A stretch of DNA of 37,150 bases from a virus (taxonomy: Duplodnaviria; Heunggongvirae; Uroviricota; Caudoviricetes). The DNA is taken from the IMG/VR virus record IMGVR_UViG_2561511241_000003; one strand, 5' to 3'. Positions 27,442 to 35,746 of this stretch are shown here, in pieces. Position 1 is the stretch's first letter, and each line of letters opens with the position of its first letter. Position numbers and translations under genes: made by a program. The notes beneath the pieces are model-generated. The model ran no database searches. It saw only the letters and a list, made by a program, of their open reading frames with translations, and was not told the origin of the DNA.

Positions 27442-28563
27442 TTACATTTTTTGACTGTATTTTCTAATTGTATCCCTACTGACTCCGGTTAAGTCTGATA
27501 TGGCATGCTGGGATAATTTAGAATTTCTTTTTAGAGTAACTGCAATTTCTTTACGTTCATTCCTGTCTAATTCTGATAAACCATCTTTAATGAACGACCC
27601 AATCAACTCTTCATCTGAGGAAATACCTAAAGCGACCGAACGTCGGAATTTGTTGATAGAACGCTCAATATTACTAAAAGATTCATTTTTGAACATAATA
27701 GCCAGTAGATCTATCCAACGTGCAAAAATCGCGTAGTCGGGACCTGAAAAGCGTTTAATTGCTTCTTTAATACTTTCGCTATCTGGCTTCTCAAAATTGA
27801 GCACTAAATCAAAACGTCTCCATAGTGCTGGATCAATCAACTCAGCGAAGTTAGTTGCAGCAAGTAGCAAACTAGAAGACGGCCATTCGTCAACCTCCTG
27901 GAGTATTACGGTAACAAGTCTTTTTAATTCTCCAACATCAGAATCATCACTTCTCTTTTTGGCGATTGAATCAATTTCATCTAACAGAAGAACGCACGGC
28001 CCTTTCTTCGCAAAATCTAGAGCTGCCCGAAGGTTATTTCCGCTTTTGCCCAGATAGCTGCTCATTACTGCCGTTAAATCAAGAACGTAAAAAGGAACCC
28101 CTAATTTCTGAGCTAACCAGCTTGCCGTAAGTGTTTTACCTACACCCGGAGGGCCAACAAAAATGGCAGAGCGTGTTGGTTGTAAGCCGAGAGTCTTGAG
28201 GCGATCGATGTGCTTCCGCTCAAGAATAATTTGATCCAGTGAGTCTTCTATCTGACTGGACAGTAGAGGTTTGCTCACAATCTTTTCATTTGGTGCTTTA
28301 AGCAAGGTAAGCCTTGACTCCTCGTCCACAGGCATGGTTTGAGGCAGCGCTTGTTTTGGTGCGGTAACCTTACGCAGGCTTTGTGCAGGCTTTTGCGGTT
28401 TATTTCGTAGATAAAGATCAAGCTGCTCGGATAGAGCAGGCATAGTTTCCCGATATTTACGCACCAAGCGAGCGACATATAACCGAACGTCATCATACTG
28501 TTCAGTTATTACCAGTCTAACTAGTTGGGCTAAATCTGACTGAATACCACCTAAGTCGCCCAT
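27442..28563 (-). CDS. AAA+ ATPase with C-terminal helix-turn-helix (373 aa)
   Basis: Walker A GPPGVGKT (137-144), Walker B LLLDEID (192-198), sensor-1 Asn in AATNFA, RRFD arginine finger, C-terminal HTH ~340-370 (LSQHAISDLTGVSRDTIRKY). SD AAGAGG upstream. 23 bp upstream of the subtilase gene. Confidence 0.85.
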   Translation of the reverse strand: MGDLGGIQSDLAQLVRLVITEQYDDVRLYVARLVRKYRETMPALSEQLDLYLRNKPQKPAQSLRKVTAPKQALPQTMPVDEESRLTLLKAPNEKIVSKPLLSSQIEDSLDQIILERKHIDRLKTLGLQPTRSAIFVGPPGVGKTLTASWLAQKLGVPFYVLDLTAVMSSYLGKSGNNLRAALDFAKKGPCVLLLDEIDSIAKKRSDDSDVGELKRLVTVILQEVDEWPSSSLLLAATNFAELIDPALWRRFDLVLNFEKPDSESIKEAIKRFSGPDYAIFARWIDLLAIMFKNESFSNIERSINKFRRSVALGISSDEELIGSFIKDGLSELDRNERKEIAVTLKRNSKLSQHAISDLTGVSRDTIRKYSQKM

Positions 28564-28599
28564 CTTAACTGTAACCTCTTGATTTTAAGTGAATTGAAA

Positions 28600-28645
28600 A
28601 AACATTTAACTGGACTATTTATAGTATTGCACTTTTTTATCAAAC
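28600..28645 (-). promoter_or_regulatory. candidate sigma70 promoter of the ATPase-subtilase operon
   Basis: On the minus strand, TTGATA then ~15 bp then ATAAAT/TATAAA lies inside the AT-rich 180-bp leader. Coordinates are approximate. Confidence 0.3.
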
Positions 28646-28743
28646 AGGGAAGAGGAATACTATATGAAATTACAGTGTGCCTCATGGAACGTCCTTACCA
28701 TGTCTAAACTCTACCTTCATACAATTGATGATTTCTTTCTTGG

Positions 28744-31509
28744 TTATTTTTTCTTCTCGCTATTGCCTTTGCCCTGCAACAGACCCGCCTTGTGACGTGC
28801 GCGTTCAGTGGTTTCATTGATTCTCTGTGCGTGCTCTGCGTCACGGATGGCGCGCAGCATGTCAGAAAGCACGGTAACGGGAGTTTTCATGGTGTTCTGG
28901 TCCTGCTGAATTGTGGATGCCAGGCGTGCGGCGGCTTCTGGGTCTGATGCCCCGAGCTGTTTCAGATAGCTGGAAACCGGGTTATGGCGGATTTCCGTGC
29001 TGTTTACGCTGTGATTACGACTCAGGCGCTGCCAGAGTTGCGTGATTCGGCTGTCCGGTCGGGTATCCGGTTTACATACAATTTCATATCCCTGCGGCGC
29101 AATGATGCTGCCGTCAACGTACAGACTGCCGCCCCGTAACAGGTGCAGCATCTGTTGTTCACCGATATGCAGGCCGAGAGATTCGGCAGACTCCCGCCAT
29201 TCTTTAGCGAGTAACTCGTGGTTATCAGGCAAAGGCCGCGGCTGTTTGCGGCTCTGTGTCCAGTTCTGCATTTCATCACTGTTGTTTTTTGCCTGTTTGT
29301 CACGCAGCGAACGCATCAGCGCCCGGCGTTCGTGCCGTTTCAGTGAGCGCATCCATTCATCCACATCAACGCCGTCAGGAAGCTGCGGCCACGGTGCTGG
29401 CCGTTCTTCCGACTGTTCTGTCCCGCTGTTGCCTGTTTCCTGTACACGGGGACAGTTATTGCCACGAGTCCAAGGGGCGGCAGGGCCGCCCTGAAGGTCA
29501 AAACCATTTTCGTGGGCGTTGTCTTCTGGTTCTGGTTTACGTCTTACCAATTTCCAGTTATCCGGATGCGTGCACACACGGGAGGATTCCCCGATGAGTG
29601 GTGACCAGATCCCGTAAATCTGTACGCTCTGTTCGCCGTAATCGTTCAGCTCATCTGCGAGGTCGTAGGCGGTGCGAATCAGGTAGTCCTTGCGTGGAAC
29701 AAGCACGCCACCCTGTTTTTCAATGTAGGTGGCAAAACACCCGGCATCGGCGGCAGCGAGTACCGCATCCATTGCATCATCTTTCAGCCGTTGCGGGCCT
29801 TCCGGATTGCGTGCCATCTGGCTGGCAAGGCGGCGCAGTTCACGCCACACCTGACGGGAGGGGATGCCAAAGAACTGGAACTGACGGACCCGGTGAAGGC
29901 GCGCCCAGCCGATGGCGCGCTCCACGCTCTCGGCCATTGATTTTCCGGTTTCGTGGTCAACGCGTGGCTTGCCCGTTTTCGGGTCGATGCCATCCACGGC
30001 GCGGCTGTCCAGGTTCTTTCCGATGTAGGTGGCGATGTAGCTGGTTGGTGTGCCTTTTGAGCCGTCGACATACTCCGCCTTAAAACGCGGAGTTATGTCA
30101 TCGCCCAGCTCGTGGCGGTCCTCCTGAATGGCAATATCGCAGACGTGGGACACGATGGTTTCAATCTCGTCCGGATGTGCAAAGACCATCATATGCCAGT
30201 GCACAGTGCCGTCATGGTGAGGCTCCACCGTGCGGATGCCATACCAGCGCAGGCCGTCGCGGTTCAGTTTTTTGCGGACCGCCGCAAAAAACGTGTTAAC
30301 CAGGTAATCGCTGGAGTCGCGCATGGTGGCCCCGTTCCATTTGGGGTTCGGATGACCGTTCTCCGTTGTTGCGTGGTATTTTGACGGGCAGGTGACGGTC
30401 AGAAACACCGCTCTGTCGCCACGGGCTTCGGCCAGAAGTTCCAGTCCCTTCATGGTGGCCATCATTTCTGCCTTACGGTGAACCGGGTTACTTACTCCCG
30501 CGTAATACACCGTCTCGAGATCAATCGTGAACCCGTCTTCATTTTCCAGCATGAAACTTTTCAGGAAATCGCGTGTTTTCTCGCGCTGTGCGCGAAACTC
30601 GCTTAACGCGTCCTGGCTCAGATAGGGCGATGTTTTTCTGGAAACCAGACAGGCGGCGCGGAGTTGTTCTTCCCGCCACTCGCAACGTAACAGCCACAGT
30701 TTGCGTTTCCACCATTCCGCACAGGTCAGGCGAAGGATTGCGCCCGGCAGCAGCTCCGTGTCTGGTTCGTTCCTCCGGTCTTTGTCTGTTGTCAGTGCGT
30801 CATAATGTGGAGGCATGGCGTGCAGGTGTAACGCCATGCGGGCCAGCATCTGATACGCCTTCAGCGTTACATCCATGGTCAGCTCGCCATCGGTCGCGCC
30901 AAAGCCATCGCAGAGTTTTTCGAAGGTGCTGCTGAACATCGCCGCCGTCATGGTGGCCAGCGTCTGTATCTGGTGTTTGTTGAGCTGCGGCAGGTAAAGC
31001 AAATCGTCCAGGCGTTCGCGTCCGGCAAGGGAGCGATAACCCGGTGTCAGCCAGCGGTGATCGGTGCGGTCCAGACGTTCGAATATTTTGCGCAGGGTTC
31101 CGCGTGCATAGCGTTCCGCCTGCCAGCTCTTTTTGCCTTTCCGGCGATCGGCTTCCTGTTTTTTGCGCAGGAAGGAGAGGTGGCGAATAAGCGGATCGCG
31201 CAGATAGGACGGCAGCAGGCGCAGCGAGGCCATGGCTTCATCCACTGCGCCGCGTGCCTGTTTTCTGGCGTCTCCTGCCAGTGTGATGGTTTTGTCCTGT
31301 TTTTCCTGTGCGTCCAGGCTTTTATTAATCAGGTTGCCCAGCGGCGTGGCGGAGAACGCCGCATCAGCCATTTCCTTGCGGCGCTCGTTCTCTGCCCGGT
31401 AGGCATCCAGCCAGGAGGAAAGCGCGGATTCAGGAGCGGGGATCCCCGTTCCTTCACGCCCCACTGCGTGGCGCGGTTGTTGCCAGTCCCTGATGTGCTC
31501 TGCCGTCAT
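28744..31509 (-). CDS. A: replication initiation protein A (rolling-circle nickase)
   Basis: 921 aa with the histidine motif GTVHWHMMVF and the tyrosine-containing region of P2 gpA-type initiators. The C-terminal ~150 aa look like an extension relative to my memory of P2 A (~760 aa). Confidence 0.88.
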   Translation of the reverse strand: MTAEHIRDWQQPRHAVGREGTGIPAPESALSSWLDAYRAENERRKEMADAAFSATPLGNLINKSLDAQEKQDKTITLAGDARKQARGAVDEAMASLRLLPSYLRDPLIRHLSFLRKKQEADRRKGKKSWQAERYARGTLRKIFERLDRTDHRWLTPGYRSLAGRERLDDLLYLPQLNKHQIQTLATMTAAMFSSTFEKLCDGFGATDGELTMDVTLKAYQMLARMALHLHAMPPHYDALTTDKDRRNEPDTELLPGAILRLTCAEWWKRKLWLLRCEWREEQLRAACLVSRKTSPYLSQDALSEFRAQREKTRDFLKSFMLENEDGFTIDLETVYYAGVSNPVHRKAEMMATMKGLELLAEARGDRAVFLTVTCPSKYHATTENGHPNPKWNGATMRDSSDYLVNTFFAAVRKKLNRDGLRWYGIRTVEPHHDGTVHWHMMVFAHPDEIETIVSHVCDIAIQEDRHELGDDITPRFKAEYVDGSKGTPTSYIATYIGKNLDSRAVDGIDPKTGKPRVDHETGKSMAESVERAIGWARLHRVRQFQFFGIPSRQVWRELRRLASQMARNPEGPQRLKDDAMDAVLAAADAGCFATYIEKQGGVLVPRKDYLIRTAYDLADELNDYGEQSVQIYGIWSPLIGESSRVCTHPDNWKLVRRKPEPEDNAHENGFDLQGGPAAPWTRGNNCPRVQETGNSGTEQSEERPAPWPQLPDGVDVDEWMRSLKRHERRALMRSLRDKQAKNNSDEMQNWTQSRKQPRPLPDNHELLAKEWRESAESLGLHIGEQQMLHLLRGGSLYVDGSIIAPQGYEIVCKPDTRPDSRITQLWQRLSRNHSVNSTEIRHNPVSSYLKQLGASDPEAAARLASTIQQDQNTMKTPVTVLSDMLRAIRDAEHAQRINETTERARHKAGLLQGKGNSEKKK

Positions 31510-31515
31510 AGTGAT

Positions 31516-31881
31516 TTACTTCGTCATGCCATTCAGGGTGTCGCGGCAGACGGTAGCCAGCCGCTGAATTTCCAGCACGGTGTCTTCTGTGTCGGCATAG
31601 TGATGTGTGATGCGGATGCTGTCGGCAATCACATCAACGATCGCAGAGGATGGGCGCTGGTAAATGCCAATAACGGACGGGGTGCCACCTTCAATACGGT
31701 AAAGCCTGTAATTTCCCTCGTGGCTGTCAATCATGTAACGACCATCAATAATAATCTTTCCGTCAGCGAGCTGCGGTACAGGCAGGGATTTCAGGTACAT
31801 GTCATAACGTTCACGCACGCGAACGGCAAGATCACGCTCTGTGTTGAGCAGGTATTCAAGAAAGTCGTTGGCGAGAATCAT
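31516..31881 (-). CDS. hypothetical early protein (121 aa)
   Basis: ORF upstream of A in the early operon. No motif recognised. Confidence 0.45.
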   Translation of the reverse strand: MILANDFLEYLLNTERDLAVRVRERYDMYLKSLPVPQLADGKIIIDGRYMIDSHEGNYRLYRIEGGTPSVIGIYQRPSSAIVDVIADSIRITHHYADTEDTVLEIQRLATVCRDTLNGMTK

Positions 31882-31953
31882 TGCGGCAATCCTCTTGTTA
31901 CAGATGTGCGAAGGCCTCCCGCCGCAAGGTGCAGGAAAGGCCCGGAACAGGAA

Positions 31954-32184
31954 TTAATGGAGTTTGTTTTGCTGCTGGATGAGCTGCTGAAGCTCGCGCA
32001 GATCATCCGCCAGATAGCTGAAAACAGAGGCGGAATAAATGTTTGAGAGTGCGTGGCTGCGCTCATGCAGCATATTGATGTGCATGATTTGCGCGACGCG
32101 TGATGCGCGGAAAAGTCTGCGGTTGATTTCAGTCTGGATGTGACGACGCTCCGCGATAGCGCGGTGTGGTTTGCGGTTTGCCAT
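31954..32184 (-). CDS. hypothetical early protein (76 aa)
   Basis: Small ORF in the early operon. Overlaps a longer, compositionally implausible 205-aa ORF in another frame. Confidence 0.3.
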   Translation of the reverse strand: MANRKPHRAIAERRHIQTEINRRLFRASRVAQIMHINMLHERSHALSNIYSASVFSYLADDLRELQQLIQQQNKLH

Positions 32185-32506
32185 GGTGTGGCCCCTTGTG
32201 TAGTAAGTTGTGAAAACTCACCATCCAGAGCTGCGAAACTGTGGGTGGCGAGACGTACGAGGTTCGCAGTACCGGCTACACAAGAACCCGGCCCGACCGA
32301 AGTCGGCCCCGTACGCCCCGCCATAATTCTGACGCGAAAAAAACGTGGCAATACAGTACGCACAAAAAAACCGCTGGCGCGGTTGTGCGCTTGTGTAGTC
32401 AGCAGGCTGCGAAACCCGGCACCCGTTTTGTGAGGTGCAGCAGAAATGTAACCTGACTGATTGCGGCATGGCAAGCGGTTTTTTTGTGTGTGCATGTTCT
32501 GGTTTC

Positions 32507-32806
32507 TTACTGGTTCAGAAAAAAATCAAAAACCTTGTCAATGCGTTGCAGCAGCTCTTGCTGTATTGCTTCCGGCGTTTCCGGTTCGCCTGGCGCCTCC
32601 AACGTCGCGCAGAAATCCTCGATTTCATGACGGAGCGTCAGGCGAATGGCGAGATGTGTGGTTCTGGCGTGCTCCAGCTCATCCAGCAGCGCCAGCACAG
32701 CAGACGGCGAGAGCATTGCGCGAAACGCCAGTAATTTTTGAGGCGTTGCCATTCGTTGCAGGTCAGTCGCCAGTTCGCGTAATTCCTGGTGGTTGATGGC
32801 GCTCAT
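32507..32806 (-). CDS. hypothetical early protein (99 aa)
   Basis: ORF coupled to the upstream wHTH ORF by an ATGA overlap. Confidence 0.45.
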   Translation of the reverse strand: MSAINHQELRELATDLQRMATPQKLLAFRAMLSPSAVLALLDELEHARTTHLAIRLTLRHEIEDFCATLEAPGEPETPEAIQQELLQRIDKVFDFFLNQ

Positions 32807-33048
32807 GCTCTGGCTTCCTTCAGTAGCTGGTTAAACATGTTGGTAAGTGGATTGCCGCACCCGAACGGCATCGGGTTTATCTGGTAAGAAAAGCGACCGC
32901 CTGTTTTGCGCTCTTTTCTTATGACTGAACCGCTGCGCCAGAGTCGGCGTAACTCCGCATTAATGGCTGTGGTTGGGGTATTCAGTGCTGCGGCGATCTC
33001 TCCGCCGCTACACCCCGGATGAGTAGCGATGTAGTCCAGAATGGTCAT
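32803..33048 (-). CDS. hypothetical winged-helix-like DNA-binding protein (81 aa)
   Basis: MTILDYIATHPGCSGGEIAAALNTPTTAINAELRRLWRSG resembles a wHTH recognition unit. Confidence 0.45.
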   Translation of the reverse strand: MTILDYIATHPGCSGGEIAAALNTPTTAINAELRRLWRSGSVIRKERKTGGRFSYQINPMPFGCGNPLTNMFNQLLKEARA

Positions 33049-33272
33049 CTGCGTGGCTCCTGTACTTGTCGGATAAGATTCACCCGCGCCACGTTGGTGG
33101 CGCAGAAATAAGTGCCGTCAGTGAGGTAGATGTGGTGCGCATCCTTTTCTGAACGATGTTTGTCGATAGTGGTAATCAGGCGTTCGTCGACCTCGTATTC
33201 GCGCCCTCTGGAGGTAAAGCGAACGACGGAAAAAATGCTTAATTGCCATTGCGCCCCCTTTGTCCAGTAACC

Positions 33273-33689
33273 CTATGCGTTAAATACGGCACGTTGCGCG
33301 TCATCAATGAATACAGCTTGAGAGCGTTCTATCAGGCGGAGATTTGTCAGAAGCTCAGACTCTTTTGTGTGGTAAGGCGTTATCAGGTATTTGCCGTGCA
33401 GTTCGGCAATAATGGTGTATTGCGGCATCATTGCTGAACCAAGAATATAAATGCAGCGTCCAATGCTGGACGGATTCATGGCTGCAACTGTTGACTGTGT
33501 TTTAAGAGTGTCGATTTCTTTGCTCTGTTCCTCAATAATTTTGGCTGCGTCAGCGGTGATTTTTGCAATGGTCAGTGCGTGAAGTGCTGCCATATGTTGG
33601 CTACGCTTCACGGCATCTTTAGCCATTTCATCTTCCGCTTCTGATATTTTTTTTAATGTGTTGATAATGCCTTCTTCTTTTGTGTTCAT
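33273..33689 (-). CDS. hypothetical early protein (138 aa), coiled-coil N-terminus
   Basis: Early operon ORF. No motif recognised. Confidence 0.45.
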   Translation of the reverse strand: MNTKEEGIINTLKKISEAEDEMAKDAVKRSQHMAALHALTIAKITADAAKIIEEQSKEIDTLKTQSTVAAMNPSSIGRCIYILGSAMMPQYTIIAELHGKYLITPYHTKESELLTNLRLIERSQAVFIDDAQRAVFNA

Positions 33690-33781
33690 TTTATATCTCC
33701 GTTATTTACGTGTGCGAATACCTCCGCGAATGCGGATTGTTTTTACATTTTCTTATTTAACCTGTGGTTTTATTTGCTCTG

Positions 33782-33895
33782 TTATTCGCCAGTGAAAAAG
33801 CGTTCAATCTTTTTTACTGAATGAATAATTCGCATAATCCCAATGGCGCAGGCCACAGAAATAATCAGAACAAGCCATGAGATAAATATACTCAT
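33782..33895 (-). CDS. small hydrophobic peptide (37 aa)
   Basis: Hand translation: MSIFISWLVLIISVACAIGIMRIIHSVKKIERFFTGE, a single TM helix with basic tail. Its start overlaps the stop of the upstream 80-aa ORF. Below the ORF-track size cut-off. Confidence 0.3.
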   Translation of the reverse strand: MSIFISWLVLIISVACAIGIMRIIHSVKKIERFFTGE

Positions 33896-34134
33896 GCGAT
33901 ATTCCCCAGCTTATACGGTTCAATATGTTCCCCGCATTCTGCGGCACAGATTAGCTCGGAAAGTTCGTTAAGTGCATCCAGATCATCAGCGTAAAAAGCC
34001 ACGTCATACAGACTCCGGATTGCCCTGGTCAATGAGTCACGGGCTGCACGTTCAGCATGAGAGCCTGATGCACTTAAGCGAAAATAAAAACGCTCAAGTG
34101 CTTTGTTGATGAGTGTTTTATATTCTTTGCCCAT
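33892..34134 (-). CDS. hypothetical early protein (80 aa)
   Basis: Early operon ORF. No motif recognised. Confidence 0.45.
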   Translation of the reverse strand: MGKEYKTLINKALERFYFRLSASGSHAERAARDSLTRAIRSLYDVAFYADDLDALNELSELICAAECGEHIEPYKLGNIA

Positions 34135-34145
34135 TGCAACACCCT

Positions 34146-34484
34146 TTAATCTGCTTTCTGAATTTCAGCTTCTGAATCCATACAAATAATTTCGATATAG
34201 GGTTCATCGCCATTAACCTGACGTGCCTTTTCAGCTTCGCTAATGATTTCGCGTACGGTCTGGTACGGAAGTTCCACAAACAATCGCGTGCCGTTCAGAT
34301 AAAGGTAAGTGGCCACATCTTTTTCTGCCGGGACTACAGCATCAATAGCTGATGCGCGTAACAACAACTCACCGCGAAAATCAATAAAGCGGATAAATAC
34401 ACCTTGTGCATGGTCTTTAGTCATAAAGCACCTGTTATAAATCAGCTTGTTTAATAAAACTTTGCCCACGAAGCAGACGATCAA
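34146..34484 (-). CDS. hypothetical early protein (112 aa; start uncertain)
   Basis: Early operon ORF. No motif recognised. Confidence 0.45.
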   Translation of the reverse strand: MIVCFVGKVLLNKLIYNRCFMTKDHAQGVFIRFIDFRGELLLRASAIDAVVPAEKDVATYLYLNGTRLFVELPYQTVREIISEAEKARQVNGDEPYIEIICMDSEAEIQKAD

Positions 34485-34920
34485 CTGTGCGAAGTGCTTC
34501 GTATAATGTGAAATCCTGCCCGAACTGATTGTCGCCGCAGTTCAATGCAAAAATGCGGTTTCCGGTAAATGGATTGCGTGGGCATCTGTGAACTACGATT
34601 CCAGCTTTTTCAATCAGCCAAGTGTGTTCGCCAATTTGTTTTACTGTATGGCCATCTGGCGTTGCGTGCGTCTCGCTTAGGCTGTAGCGAGAGTTGCTAC
34701 GTGATGCACTGGTAGTGAAGCGGTTAGCGTGGCGTTCTGCGCCGTTGCGGAAGCGCTGTTGTGAAGAATTGCGCTGTTGCTTCATGTCAAAAACTCCGTA
34801 CCTGTTTACTTCCCCGGCATAACGCCCATTTTCAAAATAATTGCGGCGAAATCCCATGTTATTGGGTTCGCTGTTTCGCTGTTGCTTATTCATTTTTTGT
34901 GCCTCTACCCGATAAGCCAA
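34435..34920 (-). CDS. hypothetical early protein (161 aa), Q/N/R-rich N-terminus
   Basis: Early operon ORF. Start uncertain. Confidence 0.4.
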   Translation of the reverse strand: MAYRVEAQKMNKQQRNSEPNNMGFRRNYFENGRYAGEVNRYGVFDMKQQRNSSQQRFRNGAERHANRFTTSASRSNSRYSLSETHATPDGHTVKQIGEHTWLIEKAGIVVHRCPRNPFTGNRIFALNCGDNQFGQDFTLYEALRTVDRLLRGQSFIKQADL

Positions 34921-35111
34921 ATAACAAACGCTATGAGCACCGCGCCAATAGTGGTCGGGAAAAGACCTCTGGTATAGGCGGCGAGGTAATGAACGTTGAG
35001 AACAATAAAGCGCTCTTTTTGTCCTGTTAGCTTGTTAAGCAGATAAATCGCTATTACACCCACTTCCAGGAATACAAGGTTCAGAATGGCGCTGATGATA
35101 TTGCTGGTCAT
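34905..35111 (-). CDS. small membrane protein (~68 aa, two predicted TM segments)
   Basis: Internal Met MTSNIISAILNLVFLEVGVIAIYLL...AVLIAFVIWLIG of track ORF 34905..35360. This start avoids overlap with the Cox-like gene. Confidence 0.35.
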   Translation of the reverse strand: MTSNIISAILNLVFLEVGVIAIYLLNKLTGQKERFIVLNVHYLAAYTRGLFPTTIGAVLIAFVIWLIG

Positions 35112-35121
35112 TTTTGTGTGT

Positions 35122-35643
35122 TTAGTTGCCTTCGCTGCTTTTGAGTCGCTCCAGCTTTGAACTTCTGCCTGTATAAACTCGCTTACCGTTAATGGTCTGG
35201 CAGTCTTCTTTATTAGCTGGAAAGAACTTTCTTTTCTGGCGGTCATACGTCCAGTAACTTTTCCAGTTGTGCCATTCTGGTGGCTCAAGTTCCGGTAGCT
35301 CGTCAGCCAGTGCGTCCCACTCTTTGGCGTTAAACCACCATACTCCGTCTGAGTTTTCATCTTCCGGGTTTGTGCGCGTCTTGTGTCCCGGCATTTGACC
35401 GCGATGAATGGCTACGCGCAGTGCAGATTTTGTTAGCCCAATATATGCCGCGCCTTTTTCCAGAGAGCAAAGCCCGGCGATCGGACCATCCAGCCGTAAA
35501 GTCGCTCCTTTTTTGTAGGAACGCTTTTTCTTGTTTTCTTCGTGTTCGTCGTCGTTGGCGGCATCAATGGATCCGCTGAGTGCGTCACTTTCCTGAAGTG
35601 GTTGGTGGTCAGATAACTCTTTATCGGCAATGAAGTCCCGCAT
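35122..35643 (-). CDS. cox: Cox-like HTH regulator/excisionase candidate (start uncertain)
   Basis: The segment GAAYIGLTKSALRVAIHRGQMPG...VWWF resembles the P2 Cox HTH region as I recall it. Divergent from the repressor gene, as cox is from C in P2. Confidence 0.45.
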   Translation of the reverse strand: MRDFIADKELSDHQPLQESDALSGSIDAANDDEHEENKKKRSYKKGATLRLDGPIAGLCSLEKGAAYIGLTKSALRVAIHRGQMPGHKTRTNPEDENSDGVWWFNAKEWDALADELPELEPPEWHNWKSYWTYDRQKRKFFPANKEDCQTINGKRVYTGRSSKLERLKSSEGN

Positions 35644-35685
35644 TTGTTATCCTCTTACGTTGGTGCGCTTGTTGCGCCTTGTGAT

Positions 35686-35723
35686 GGTTTGTTTTGGTTT
35701 GTTTTCTTCACCCTGTGGTGAAG
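35686..35723. promoter_or_regulatory. operator-like repeats in the divergent immunity promoter region
   Basis: Perfect tandem 10-mer GGTTTGTTTT x2, followed immediately by the palindrome CTTCACC-CTGT-GGTGAAG. Confidence 0.35.
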
Positions 35724-35746
35724 ACCGAAAAGAGGATACTCATCGT

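Noticed and set aside
27442-28563. AAA+ ATPase considered as an IstB-like transposition helper or terminase-type ATPase
   Set aside because: No adjacent IS21-type transposase or inverted repeats, the terminase genes are accounted for elsewhere, and the gene is operonic with a subtilase. Defence-module interpretation preferred.
30973-32046. 357-aa plus-strand ORF opposite replication gene A and neighbouring early genes
   Set aside because: Antisense to gpA, spans several gene boundaries, no motifs. Judged an artefact.
31878-32495. 205-aa minus-strand ORF covering the non-coding interval upstream of gpA
   Set aside because: Translation is Ser/Thr/Arg-rich and low in complexity, and it overlaps the more plausible 76-aa ORF. 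The region is treated as non-coding and reported as a finding.
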